Notes under the pieces: model-generated | Seen by the model: only the letters and a program-made list of their open reading frames with translations | The model's database searches: none | Told to the model about the DNA's origin: nothing | Program-made: the position numbers and the translations under genes | Shown: positions 1 to 7,944 of the stretch, piece after piece | How positions within the stretch are numbered: position 1 is the first letter of the stretch | Layout: the number at the start of each line of letters is the position of its first letter | IMG/VR virus record: IMGVR_UViG_3300044267_001409 | Location: 1 to 34,097 of that record | Origin: a virus | Taxonomy: Duplodnaviria > Caudoviricetes | Strand: one strand, 5' to 3' | DNA length: 34,097 nucleotides

Positions 1-1
1 G

Positions 2-322
2 AAGGATAAGAAAGGTTGGCTTAACCATCCCGCACGTTTAATGTGGATTGGTTATGAGAACGCACTAAAACATTATACTAATATAATGATAGAAGAATGG
101 ATTGCACGTGGATATAACAACACGATGCAAATGTATGACATAGAAGGGCCAATAGTTTATCCTCAATGGTTAGGCTATCCGGAACTGCATAAGTCACACC
201 GAATGAATCTACTACGTAAAGATTATAATTTTTACAAAGAATCATTTGTTGATGACGCACAAACGGACCTCGCAATCATAAACGAGTATGAATACTATTG
301 GCCACCGGAGAAAAAAGAATGA
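2..322 (+). CDS. Pyrimidine-dimer DNA glycosylase-like (DenV/MSMEG_6728-type) protein, 5' truncated by the window
   Basis: Frame is open from base 2: KDKKGWLNHPARLMW.GYE.AL..Y...EW..RGY...P.WLG...H.SH..NLLRKD..FY..F...YYWP is the family signature. Confidence 0.8.
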   Translation, partial: KDKKGWLNHPARLMWIGYENALKHYTNIMIEEWIARGYNNTMQMYDIEGPIVYPQWLGYPELHKSHRMNLLRKDYNFYKESFVDDAQTDLAIINEYEYYWPPEKKE

Positions 323-420
323 TAAGAGAAATAATAGTATGGATAGATAAGAAGTTTGGTTTGAACCGAACAAAGAAATTAATGATAAGACCCCGAAAAT
401 ACGGAGTAAATAAAAAATGA
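319..420 (+). CDS. 33-aa basic microprotein (MIREIIVWIDKKFGLNRTKKLMIRPRKYGVNKK)
   Basis: Fills the gap exactly, with ATGA start/stop overlaps at both ends; GGAG upstream. Confidence 0.6.
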   Translation: MIREIIVWIDKKFGLNRTKKLMIRPRKYGVNKK

Positions 421-614
421 ACCAAGACAAAGAAATAAATGAATTGAAAGAGATGTTAGCTGGTGCACAGCTAACTGAGGAAAACTTAAAGGACTACCTT
501 TTCGAGATTTGTGACATCATACACATGCAAATGTCATTAAAATATCAAGACATGTGGGTAGCAAGGATGATTGAAATAGGACTGTATGACCCCGAAGAGG
601 GGTTGGAGGTATAA
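417..614 (+). CDS. Hypothetical acidic protein, 65 aa
   Basis: ORF coupled to neighbours (ATGA, TAATG); GGAG upstream. Confidence 0.75.
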   Translation: MNQDKEINELKEMLAGAQLTEENLKDYLFEICDIIHMQMSLKYQDMWVARMIEIGLYDPEEGLEV

Positions 615-883
615 TGGTTACAACTACACCCGAAGCAGTTCACCTACATAAAATCATTTTAGATTGGTGTAGTCCACAGGTCGCACGAAGTATGTTGGAT
701 GACATGGATTTCTATGTCGCAGATATTACAGACAATGAATCATTGAAACAATCAATAAAAATGGTTAGAGAGATTATTTATGCACGAGCTGAGGAGAATG
801 AGATGATAGACGAAGAAGAGAAAGCACATGCTGAAACTTTAAAGAACATAGCTTTCCAACGGAAGATAGGCAAAGACGAATGA
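614..883 (+). CDS. Hypothetical protein, 89 aa
   Basis: GGAGGT SD and TAATG coupling. Confidence 0.8.
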   Translation: MVTTTPEAVHLHKIILDWCSPQVARSMLDDMDFYVADITDNESLKQSIKMVREIIYARAEENEMIDEEEKAHAETLKNIAFQRKIGKDE

Positions 884-963
884 GGTGCTTAAGATGTGGT
901 GGCAACTATGTTGGTATGAAGCAAGTTAATAAATTCAACTGTCCCCACTGTGGTAAACTATAA
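880..963 (+). CDS. 27-aa zinc-finger microprotein (MRCLRCGGNYVGMKQVNKFNCPHCGKL)
   Basis: CxxCG...CPxCG pattern; ATGA overlap upstream and TAATG overlap downstream. Confidence 0.7.
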   Translation: MRCLRCGGNYVGMKQVNKFNCPHCGKL

Positions 964-1070
964 TGTCTTTAGCTGAGAAACAATGTATCAGTTGTGGTAA
1001 GAGAATATCAATAGCTGAGGATGGGTTTGGTCATGGGAGATGTATATTATGCAACCTGAAGACAATTTAA
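963..1070 (+). CDS. 35-aa zinc-finger microprotein (MSLAEKQCISCGKRISIAEDGFGHGRCILCNLKTI)
   Basis: CxxCG...CxxC; TAATG coupling. Confidence 0.7.
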   Translation: MSLAEKQCISCGKRISIAEDGFGHGRCILCNLKTI

Positions 1071-1162
1071 GAAAGGAACAGATAATAGCTGGAAGGACCG
1101 TTGAAGGTATTCTATTATTTTTTCTTCTTTGGTGGGCATGGTTCGTCATAAGAGCTTACTAA
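1049..1162 (+). CDS. 37-aa single-pass membrane microprotein (MQPEDNLRKEQIIAGRTVEGILLFFLLWWAWFVIRAY)
   Basis: GGGAG upstream; hydrophobic/aromatic C-terminal stretch; stops just before the next promoter. Confidence 0.5.
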   Translation: MQPEDNLRKEQIIAGRTVEGILLFFLLWWAWFVIRAY

Positions 1163-1173
1163 GCCCCACTTAG

Positions 1174-1187
1174 CAAAGCTTTATATA
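1174..1187 (+). promoter_or_regulatory. Archaeal-type BRE-TATA promoter (CAAAGCTTTATATA)
   Basis: Intergenic; the same motif recurs at 2952, 10465 and 31543-31557 (-), each upstream of a gene block. Confidence 0.75.
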
Positions 1188-1210
1188 TCTCTAAAGGGGA
1201 GATATAATAT

Positions 1211-1244
1211 AGCAAGGTTAGTCTATACTAACCCTATCCTTGCT
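1211..1244 (+). promoter_or_regulatory. 5'-leader stem-loop (AGCAAGG-TTAG-TCTATA-CTAA-CCCTAT-CCTTGCT)
   Basis: Nested inverted repeats starting 24 nt after the end of the TATA box. Confidence 0.55.
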
Positions 1245-1257
1245 TAATGGTGCTACA

Positions 1258-1761
1258 ATGGGAAGAAAAGATACAGGAAAGAATTTCGAAAACGAAATAA
1301 GAAGAAGCCTTAAATCAAGCCGTCATATATGGTGGTTTAGGATACAAGATACAAATGACATCAACCGATTCGTTAAAATTGCTGTTGCAGAGAAGCAACC
1401 TGCCGATTTCTTCACAGTCTACAGAGGTAGACCAATTATGTTGGAGGCTAAAACTTCTCGGAATCTTACTTCTTTTCCTTTATATTATGGTAATACCCCT
1501 GCTATCGCTAAGCATCAGATAAATGAAGGTGAACGGTTAGTGAGGGCTGGTGGTATGAGTTTTATTTTAATACGAAGAGAGGAGTTTCGAAATAAGAAAA
1601 CGTATGCTTTAACCCCATCACAGGCAAAATATTTATACAGTAAAGCATTTAAAAGAAAATCTGTTAAGTGGAGCTGGTTCGATGAACATGCATATGAAGT
1701 CGAAAGATTAAAAGCACCATTGAGATGGAATTTACAAGCATTATATGAAAAAGCAATCTAA
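1258..1761 (+). CDS. recU: RecU-like Holliday junction resolvase (PD-(D/E)XK nuclease)
   Basis: GKNFE.EI, QPADF, LEAKTS, HQI..., GG.SFILI motifs; ATG 1258 follows GGTG SD. Confidence 0.8.
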   Translation: MGRKDTGKNFENEIRRSLKSSRHIWWFRIQDTNDINRFVKIAVAEKQPADFFTVYRGRPIMLEAKTSRNLTSFPLYYGNTPAIAKHQINEGERLVRAGGMSFILIRREEFRNKKTYALTPSQAKYLYSKAFKRKSVKWSWFDEHAYEVERLKAPLRWNLQALYEKAI

Positions 1762-1924
1762 AAAAAACATGAGAAAAAGAGCAACGAAAGAGCCTTATGA
1801 AGGATATACACTTCCCCCTTCAGCTGAGAAGGGTGGTAGTTTTATAGACTTTAAACAGGCTTACAGAGAAGCACCAACTAAGGTGCCTAAAAAAAGAATA
1901 GTGATAAAGAGAAGAAAGAAATGA
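1745..1924 (+). CDS. 59-aa highly basic protein (MKKQSKKNMRKRATKEPYEG...IKRRKK)
   Basis: Open frame filling the gap; ATGA overlap with the synthase gene; alternative start at 1769. Confidence 0.6.
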   Translation: MKKQSKKNMRKRATKEPYEGYTLPPSAEKGGSFIDFKQAYREAPTKVPKKRIVIKRRKK

Positions 1925-2520
1925 AAGAGATAATGAAAGAATACAGCACCACATTCTATGAGTGTTTGGATGCGTGGCCTGATGATATCAAAGAAGATAT
2001 ATACAAACTATATGCATACCTCAGAGTATGTGATGAGATGGTAGAAGGTGAGAAGACCTTACATGATTTCAAGCAGTGGAGGGAAGTCATAGAACAATTC
2101 TACGAAGTGAGTGACAAGTATCAGTTCGAAGGTGAGTGGCTCTCAGACTTTCATATAAGTATGTATCAAGACATGATGAAGAAAGAACATACTATAGTGT
2201 CTATGTTAGAATACTGTAAGGGTTCAGCTGAGTCAGTTGGTATGATGATGTCAAAGATATTAGGATGTAACCCACGCTGTGAGATTCATGCAAGAGCATT
2301 GGGTAGAGCATACCAAATAATTAATTTCATAAGAGATTACGATGAGGATGTGGCTAATGGTTACCATTACATTACTGATAACTTTAGTGCATACTTAGAA
2401 ATATTTTATCAAGATATAGACATGGGTATGGATGGTTTAGATTACATACCTAAAGAATTACAAGAGCCTATCATAATGGCTACTAAAAAATATATGGAAG
2501 TGGCAGGTGAATTCAGTTAA
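1921..2520 (+). CDS. Phytoene/squalene synthase family (CrtB/HpnD-like) head-to-head isoprenoid synthase, compact 199 aa
   Basis: YSTTFY, LYAYLRVCDEMVE (first Asp-rich motif), YC.GSAESVG.M, A.ALG.AYQ.INFIRDY.ED (second motif). Confidence 0.85.
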   Translation: MKEIMKEYSTTFYECLDAWPDDIKEDIYKLYAYLRVCDEMVEGEKTLHDFKQWREVIEQFYEVSDKYQFEGEWLSDFHISMYQDMMKKEHTIVSMLEYCKGSAESVGMMMSKILGCNPRCEIHARALGRAYQIINFIRDYDEDVANGYHYITDNFSAYLEIFYQDIDMGMDGLDYIPKELQEPIIMATKKYMEVAGEFS

Positions 2521-2767
2521 ACCACCCTACTATAAGGTATTGTGGCACAAGTGTAATAGATGTTTAACTCACTACACCAGCGAAGAACCTCATCTTAGAG
2601 CTTATCTTTGTGATGAGTGTTGGAGAGCTATACCTCATTTCACTGTGAAGAAACCTAAAAAAGAAATAAAAAAGGAAATCGATATAAATATGAAGACAAT
2701 AATCTTATATACAATCGGTAATCTAATATGTTTAGGGGTAATCGCATATTATTTGTGGTTTAAATAA
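2507..2767 (+). CDS. Zinc-finger protein with C-terminal transmembrane helix, 86 aa
   Basis: CNRC...CDEC, basic linker, IILYTIGNLICLGVIAYYLWF. Confidence 0.7.
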   Translation: MNSVKPPYYKVLWHKCNRCLTHYTSEEPHLRAYLCDECWRAIPHFTVKKPKKEIKKEIDINMKTIILYTIGNLICLGVIAYYLWFK

Positions 2768-2771
2768 AATT

Positions 2772-2873
2772 ATGACAGAATTAGAATGTTTTAAATGTCT
2801 CAAGAGAGCTTTTTTTGTAGACATAGATGGCAATAGAAGGTGTGTTCACTGCTCACCTTACAAGGAAAAATGA
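2772..2873 (+). CDS. 33-aa zinc-finger microprotein (MTELECFKCLKRAFFVDIDGNRRCVHCSPYKEK)
   Basis: CxxC...CxxC; starts 4 nt after the previous stop. Confidence 0.7.
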   Translation: MTELECFKCLKRAFFVDIDGNRRCVHCSPYKEK

Positions 2874-2874
2874 A

Positions 2875-2973
2875 ATGGACATTATACCATTAGAAATACC
2901 AATAAGAGACCAACTAAAGGTTCTCATTTTACAACTCTCAGTATGGATAGCGAAAGCCTTATATACTCAGTAG
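2875..2973 (+). CDS. Possible 32-aa microprotein (MDIIPLEIPIRDQLKVLILQLSVWIAKALYTQ)
   Basis: AAGGA upstream and fills the gap, but overlaps the next promoter. Confidence 0.3.
   Translation: MDIIPLEIPIRDQLKVLILQLSVWIAKALYTQ
2952..2965 (+). promoter_or_regulatory. Archaeal-type BRE-TATA promoter (GAAAGCCTTATATA)
   Basis: Shared motif; GGTGA SD at 2991 and ATG at 3001 follow. Confidence 0.7.
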
Positions 2974-3000
2974 TTATGGGACATTATCAAGGTGATTAAA

Positions 3001-3309
3001 ATGAATAGAAATCAACAAATAAATCTTTTGATGGAAGCTGTAAAGCACTACCAAAAGACAGGTCAGCACAAACAGGTAAGTATTCAATACAATCCTGAGA
3101 ACAGGACTCGATTCGAATTTGATTCATGGAAACATGACAAAGATTCTGAGTCTGTTAGGAAAATCCTACCCGAAGACATTAGAATATCCTCAGCAGGAAA
3201 GTTCTATGTAGTAGGTAAAGACAACAGGTATAATCTTAAACAATATACTTCTCAGTTCGCACAACACCCTCGTGCTTATAGATTAGATAGATTGGTAGTT
3301 GCGGAATAA
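3001..3309 (+). CDS. Stand-alone WYL-like domain protein
   Basis: VSIQY...RKILP..I......FYVVG.D......RAYRLDRL fits the WYL pattern (xY..R.VxP..WYL..RxFRLDRI); no HTH. Confidence 0.6.
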   Translation: MNRNQQINLLMEAVKHYQKTGQHKQVSIQYNPENRTRFEFDSWKHDKDSESVRKILPEDIRISSAGKFYVVGKDNRYNLKQYTSQFAQHPRAYRLDRLVVAE

Positions 3310-3311
3310 AT

Positions 3312-3650
3312 ATGAACGAACTATTGAACAGCTTTCTCGAAGCGGCTGAGAACAGTGATAAAATTCTCTCAGTTGAAGAACTCTTAACTGAAGATGAAAA
3401 ATTTAGTTGGGAGACTTTAGTGAAAGCATTTGACTCTATCGACGTAATGAACGTGGGTAGAGACTTAAAAAAGATATCTAAAACATATCAATTAGAACGA
3501 TGGCAAGAACTTTCTATCTTAGCTTATGTAAAGATATTAGAGTTAATGATTAGACGTGCTAAGGATGTAGGCGCTTTAGATATGATAAAAGATAATATGC
3601 CTGTCCCATCATCATCTGAGACAGATTACTCAGGGAGTATGTTCGGATGA
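3312..3650 (+). CDS. Hypothetical protein, 112 aa
   Basis: ORF within a tightly packed operon. Confidence 0.8.
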   Translation: MNELLNSFLEAAENSDKILSVEELLTEDEKFSWETLVKAFDSIDVMNVGRDLKKISKTYQLERWQELSILAYVKILELMIRRAKDVGALDMIKDNMPVPSSSETDYSGSMFG

Positions 3651-3763
3651 AGCAGTGTGGTTTATGTAGGTGTAATCTACACCCAGACTATATAAGGTAT
3701 AGAGACATCAATGGTAATCCATATTGCCAACAATGCTACACAGTTATTGGAGGACAAATATGA
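3647..3763 (+). CDS. 38-aa zinc-finger microprotein (MKQCGLCRCNLHPDYIRYRDINGNPYCQQCYTVIGGQI)
   Basis: CxxC...G.PYCxxCY (treble-clef/half-LIM-like); GGGAG SD; ATGA overlaps at both ends. Confidence 0.75.
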   Translation: MKQCGLCRCNLHPDYIRYRDINGNPYCQQCYTVIGGQI

Positions 3764-3894
3764 AAGTAGTAGTAGACAATGTAGAGATATTAGATATAAC
3801 TCTCGGTTTATATGGTAATGTTTTTGTTCGTGTTAGAGATATAGATGGGTATGAATACGCAGGTGAACTAACGGAAGTGATGGAAGATGAATGA
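3760..3894 (+). CDS. 44-aa acidic beta-rich microprotein (MKVVVDNVEILDITLGLYGNVFVRVRDIDGYEYAGELTEVMEDE)
   Basis: GGAGG SD; ATGA coupling. Confidence 0.7.
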   Translation: MKVVVDNVEILDITLGLYGNVFVRVRDIDGYEYAGELTEVMEDE

Positions 3895-4210
3895 AAGATG
3901 GGAAGCCTTTGACCGTATATGGGCTAAGGGTAAAACAAACAAGATGGTTCAACGACTTCAAGAAAAATGTAGAATGAGAGGATTAGAACCAACTGAGGAA
4001 AACTGTCGTGACTATTGGATGGGATACATCCGATATTATGTCGATGGTTGGACAGGACAGGGTTATCATGTGAACCCACGTAAGAACAAAATACTCATGA
4101 AACAACTAAAAAGGAATCAAAACAATGACAATAGAAGAAGACAGAAAGGCGGAAAGAAACCACCACGCAAGATGGGCGGAAGAAATTCGCAAAAGAAACG
4201 AAACGTATAG
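3887..4210 (+). CDS. Hypothetical protein with basic C-terminal tail, 107 aa
   Basis: ORF; its last 86 nt overlap the next gene. Confidence 0.7.
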   Translation: MNERWEAFDRIWAKGKTNKMVQRLQEKCRMRGLEPTEENCRDYWMGYIRYYVDGWTGQGYHVNPRKNKILMKQLKRNQNNDNRRRQKGGKKPPRKMGGRNSQKKRNV

Positions 4211-4391
4211 TGATAGCACAGATTGGTTTCCATTTGTTCAGAACGTGGAAGATATCTTAGCCCGAATAGATAAGATGTCAGAAAGGTTTGATGATTTGGA
4301 AAACAAAATCGGAGAAACACAAGGAATGATAAAAAATCTAAGAAAAATTTTAATTAAGTTGGAGGTCATAGATGACAGATTCATCTTCTGA
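4125..4391 (+). CDS. Coiled-coil hypothetical protein, 88 aa
   Basis: AAGGA SD; heptad-like pattern. Confidence 0.7.
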   Translation: MTIEEDRKAERNHHARWAEEIRKRNETYSDSTDWFPFVQNVEDILARIDKMSERFDDLENKIGETQGMIKNLRKILIKLEVIDDRFIF

Positions 4392-4629
4392 ACCCGACAT
4401 GGGTGAGATGGCAGGTCAGTTAATGATGGCCAAAATGGATGCAAATAAATTAACACATTTATTACGCATCGGGACATTTCAATTAGAGATTGCACCTAAC
4501 GAAAACATAGATGTTAGAGCATTCTTTAATGAAACATTAGACAGATTGATTTCAGCATATGGTGAAAAACTATTAGAAATTGATGTCAAGGGGATTACTA
4601 TGCAGTCCTCAACCAATATGCATGGATAA
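4372..4629 (+). CDS. Hypothetical protein, 85 aa
   Basis: GGAGGT SD. Confidence 0.75.
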   Translation: MTDSSSEPDMGEMAGQLMMAKMDANKLTHLLRIGTFQLEIAPNENIDVRAFFNETLDRLISAYGEKLLEIDVKGITMQSSTNMHG

Positions 4630-4644
4630 AAAAAGGAGAAAACA

Positions 4645-4854
4645 ATGGCAGAAAAAAGTGGATTAGAACTAAGAGCCGGATTGTTCCGGAACACAGATAA
4701 AAACGGAAATGTTTACTACTCAGGTAAGTCTGAAGCTGGTGACGAATTCGTTATGTTCAGAAACACATATTGGAAAGAAGGTTCCAACAAACCATACTTC
4801 AGATTAATGAAGCGTGTGTCTGATGGACCATCCTCATCTAGTATGGAGGACTGA
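4645..4854 (+). CDS. Small beta-rich protein, DUF736-like; possibly binds nucleic acid
   Basis: GLF.N.DKNG..YYSG.....F.N......KPYFRL resembles a widespread phage family; AAGGAG SD. Confidence 0.45.
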   Translation: MAEKSGLELRAGLFRNTDKNGNVYYSGKSEAGDEFVMFRNTYWKEGSNKPYFRLMKRVSDGPSSSSMED

Positions 4855-4856
4855 GT

Positions 4857-5228
4857 ATGTGGGATAGAAACACAAGAAACATGATGGATATGTGGATGGA
4901 CCTACTCAATGAAATTGAAAGTGGTATGCCACAAAAAAGCTGGACAACAAACCAATCAAGGAGAGATGTCCAAGTGAATGAAGAAAACGGAACCATCACT
5001 ATTACAGCTGAGTTAGCTGGGTTAGATAAAGACCAAGTTGATATTGAAGTTAGTAATAGAACTGTTACCATTCAAGCTGAGTCTGACAGAAAGAACTTCT
5101 CATGGGATAAAACATTTACTTATGAGATAGACCCAGAGTCAGTCCAAGCCACTATGGTGAATGGTATATTAGACATGACCATCGAAAAGAAAGAGAAAAC
5201 ATCCGCAAAGAAAGTAGAGATAGAATGA
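4857..5228 (+). CDS. hsp20: Small heat-shock protein (Hsp20/alpha-crystallin domain)
   Basis: DV...ITAELAGLDKDQVDIEV...VTIQA...IDPESVQATMVNGILDMTI.K.......KVEIE. Confidence 0.92.
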   Translation: MWDRNTRNMMDMWMDLLNEIESGMPQKSWTTNQSRRDVQVNEENGTITITAELAGLDKDQVDIEVSNRTVTIQAESDRKNFSWDKTFTYEIDPESVQATMVNGILDMTIEKKEKTSAKKVEIE

Positions 5229-5893
5229 GTAATGATGATTGGAGACAATCGCCCCGTAGTCAGAGAGTTTGGCTCGAAGACTCAATGAAGGCTAAGGGTC
5301 AATTTGCTTTCATATCACCCATACACAGGGTGAAGCATTGGAATCCTACTACAAAACGTAGAAATAAATGTTGGGCAAAGGAAGGTGAATGTGTCTTTTG
5401 TAAAAACGGCACACCTAAAATCAATGAGTTTACTTATGGTTTATATGTATCAGAAGATAAAACTATAAAGTATTTAACATTGACTATAGCATCACACACT
5501 GAGGCACAGCGTTTATTTTCTACACTAATAGATAATGGAACCAATCCAACAGATTATGTTTTTGAATTTCAAAAAGGTAAAGTTAAGACTACATATGGTA
5601 GAGAAACTAATGGGTATATTTTAAATCCAACTGAGGACCAACCATTTGTAGCTGAGAAGTTTAGACCAAGTCTCACTAACAGTGAAGAACAGTCTTATAA
5701 ATGGACTGTTCCTGAAGAAATAGTAGAGTATCTCAAGGATAAAGATGGTGAACCAATGACAATGATAGATTTATTTCTCATCATGAAGGACCAATTCCCA
5801 GCTATATCTGAGAAAGAACTTAAAAAATATGCAGTGAAACTATGTGAACATAATGTTTTAAACTTATTAAATGCGAGAGAAAAATGGATATGA
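5225..5893 (+). CDS. Putative zinc-binding single-stranded DNA-binding protein
   Basis: HW...C....C.FC metal cluster within an OB-like beta pattern; directly upstream of the helicase. Confidence 0.45.
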   Translation: MSNDDWRQSPRSQRVWLEDSMKAKGQFAFISPIHRVKHWNPTTKRRNKCWAKEGECVFCKNGTPKINEFTYGLYVSEDKTIKYLTLTIASHTEAQRLFSTLIDNGTNPTDYVFEFQKGKVKTTYGRETNGYILNPTEDQPFVAEKFRPSLTNSEEQSYKWTVPEEIVEYLKDKDGEPMTMIDLFLIMKDQFPAISEKELKKYAVKLCEHNVLNLLNAREKWI

Positions 5894-7362
5894 AAAAATT
5901 TGAATTACATGACCTATTAAGGTATTTCCACAATGTGAGAAAGGAAGATGGAACACTGTTTCCTATATTAGGAGAAGATGCTCTAGCTTTAACATCAAGT
6001 CTTTCTTACTTATTAGAGGATACTAACTTTTGTATCAAGGCATATAGTGGAACAGGTAAGACAGTGATAATGGATGCTATTGTAAATCTACTCCCCAAAG
6101 AGTATGTATATACTATAGAACATTTATCTGAGACTGCTGTGTGGTATGCTGAGAGTGATATCAATAAGTCACGCTTTGTAGCTATACCTGAAGCACAGAA
6201 GATACCTGAAGGTGTCATGGAGATTATTAAAACATGGGCTGATGGTAGAAGGGCTACCCGTAAGAAGACTGATGTAACTATCAACACTACAGTAACACAA
6301 GTATTATTACCTAAATATGTATTAATGGCTGTAGCTGTAGAGAATGATAAAGGTAGTGCTATGTTTGATGCTGAGTTAGAACGTCGGTGTATGATTATGC
6401 ACACCAATCCAACAGTCACTCAAACTGAGAGAGTAATCAAACATAAACTATTAGCCTCGGCACTACCACCAAGTAAGATATCTGATATGACAATAGAAGA
6501 GATAGATTCTTTGAAGGCACACGTTCAAAATTGTGTAAGAGAAAGAGATGAAGATGATGCTACAGTGATTATGAATCCTTGTGCACCATTTTTATTTGAG
6601 GCAATACCATCAGCATTTCCTGTGTCAAGGTCTAAAGTTCAATACTTATTAAGATTGATAAATGCAATAGCACGATTCTATCCAGATGAGATTATTAGAA
6701 CGGAGAGAGATGGAAAGGTATATGGTCTTGTTACGCCTAAACATAACTGGCTTGGACTGAGAATATATCTCAACTCTTTTGTTGAGGAGTGTCTACACAT
6801 GCCAAGTCATGGAACGGATATACTAAAACTATTTCCAGAATCTAGATTAGATAAGTTTGGTTTTGCAGATAGTGACACAGTTAAAATGTCAGAGGGTGAG
6901 ATAAAGAAAGCTGCCAAAGCTGCTGGTTTACCCTTTACTAAACTGAGACCTGTCCTCTCAGGTCTACTAATGACTGGGTTCTTAGAAGTAGAAGATGATG
7001 GAAAAAGACAACTTTACTTTAAAAGTCCATTAATAAACGAACCAGCATCAAAAATAAACTGGAGTGAGTTAATTGAAGAAACAAAAAAGTTTGTGGGAGA
7101 AAACTGGACTGAAGTCAGTGACGAATACATTGGGCGCTGTTGTAGCAGTGTCGAGATTACTGACCCGTTTAGTGGGAACCACATTGAACTGGGTGAAAGA
7201 GCAGAGACAGCGTTAGACGTTGAAGATGCAGAGTATCCTGACATATTTAAAAGTGCTAAGGATGCAAAGATTAAAGACTATGAGTCTTTTCTAACTAAAG
7301 CAGAAGGAGATTATACTGATGAAGAAGAAGAATCAATCAGGCAATATTACAAGGAAAATTAA
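5890..7362 (+). CDS. AAA+ P-loop ATPase, probable MCM-like replicative helicase
   Basis: Walker A AYSGTGKT, Walker B-like FVAIPE, Arg finger ELERRC, wHTH-like C-terminal region; ATGA coupling at 5890. Confidence 0.7.
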   Translation: MKKFELHDLLRYFHNVRKEDGTLFPILGEDALALTSSLSYLLEDTNFCIKAYSGTGKTVIMDAIVNLLPKEYVYTIEHLSETAVWYAESDINKSRFVAIPEAQKIPEGVMEIIKTWADGRRATRKKTDVTINTTVTQVLLPKYVLMAVAVENDKGSAMFDAELERRCMIMHTNPTVTQTERVIKHKLLASALPPSKISDMTIEEIDSLKAHVQNCVRERDEDDATVIMNPCAPFLFEAIPSAFPVSRSKVQYLLRLINAIARFYPDEIIRTERDGKVYGLVTPKHNWLGLRIYLNSFVEECLHMPSHGTDILKLFPESRLDKFGFADSDTVKMSEGEIKKAAKAAGLPFTKLRPVLSGLLMTGFLEVEDDGKRQLYFKSPLINEPASKINWSELIEETKKFVGENWTEVSDEYIGRCCSSVEITDPFSGNHIELGERAETALDVEDAEYPDIFKSAKDAKIKDYESFLTKAEGDYTDEEEESIRQYYKEN

Positions 7363-7630
7363 ACTCCCTAAAAAGGATGAGATGTTTGCTGTCGTAGTAG
7401 AGATGTCAGGTGGTTCAAGGATGAGAGCCTTATGCGCAGATAATAAAACCCGCATGATTAGAATTGGTGGTAAACTAAAGAAAAGAATGTGGTGTAGAGA
7501 GAATGATTTAATTATAGTTAAGCCATGGGTTATACAGAGTGACCAAAAGGCTGACTTAGTATATAGATATCTCCCTACTGAGAGAAACAGGGTTCTCCAT
7601 AAACTCCCTGAAGGAATAAATATATGGTGA
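7319..7630 (+). CDS. eif1a: Archaeal-type translation initiation factor 1A
   Basis: LP...E.FAVV..M.GGSRM...C.D.KTR..RI.GK.KKRMW.RE.D.IIV.PW..Q.D.KAD.VYRY. Confidence 0.93.
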   Translation: MKKKNQSGNITRKIKLPKKDEMFAVVVEMSGGSRMRALCADNKTRMIRIGGKLKKRMWCRENDLIIVKPWVIQSDQKADLVYRYLPTERNRVLHKLPEGINIW

Positions 7631-7944
7631 AAGGAATAGAAGCTACGTATACGGACTTTACAAGAAAAACAGCTAAGTATCCAAAGCGTAGAGAAAAAGA
7701 ATACCTAATGATAGGTTTAATGAATGAAGCCGGAGAAGTCGGTGGTGCTTTTAAGAAAGAGATTAGAGACCGTGTAGACAACACTGACCTTATCATAGAT
7801 GAGATGGGTGATGTTCTATGGTATCTTGCACGACTATGTGATGTTTATGATATAAAGTTATCAGAACTCATGGTTAATAACATGGATAAACTCTTTCAGA
7901 GAATGACTCCAGAACAGTTACAGGAATATAGAGACGAGAACTAA
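7624..7944 (+). CDS. mazG: MazG-like NTP pyrophosphohydrolase
   Basis: GL.NEAGEV....KK..RD...DEMGDVLWYL...N..KL..R. Confidence 0.9.
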   Translation: MVKGIEATYTDFTRKTAKYPKRREKEYLMIGLMNEAGEVGGAFKKEIRDRVDNTDLIIDEMGDVLWYLARLCDVYDIKLSELMVNNMDKLFQRMTPEQLQEYRDEN

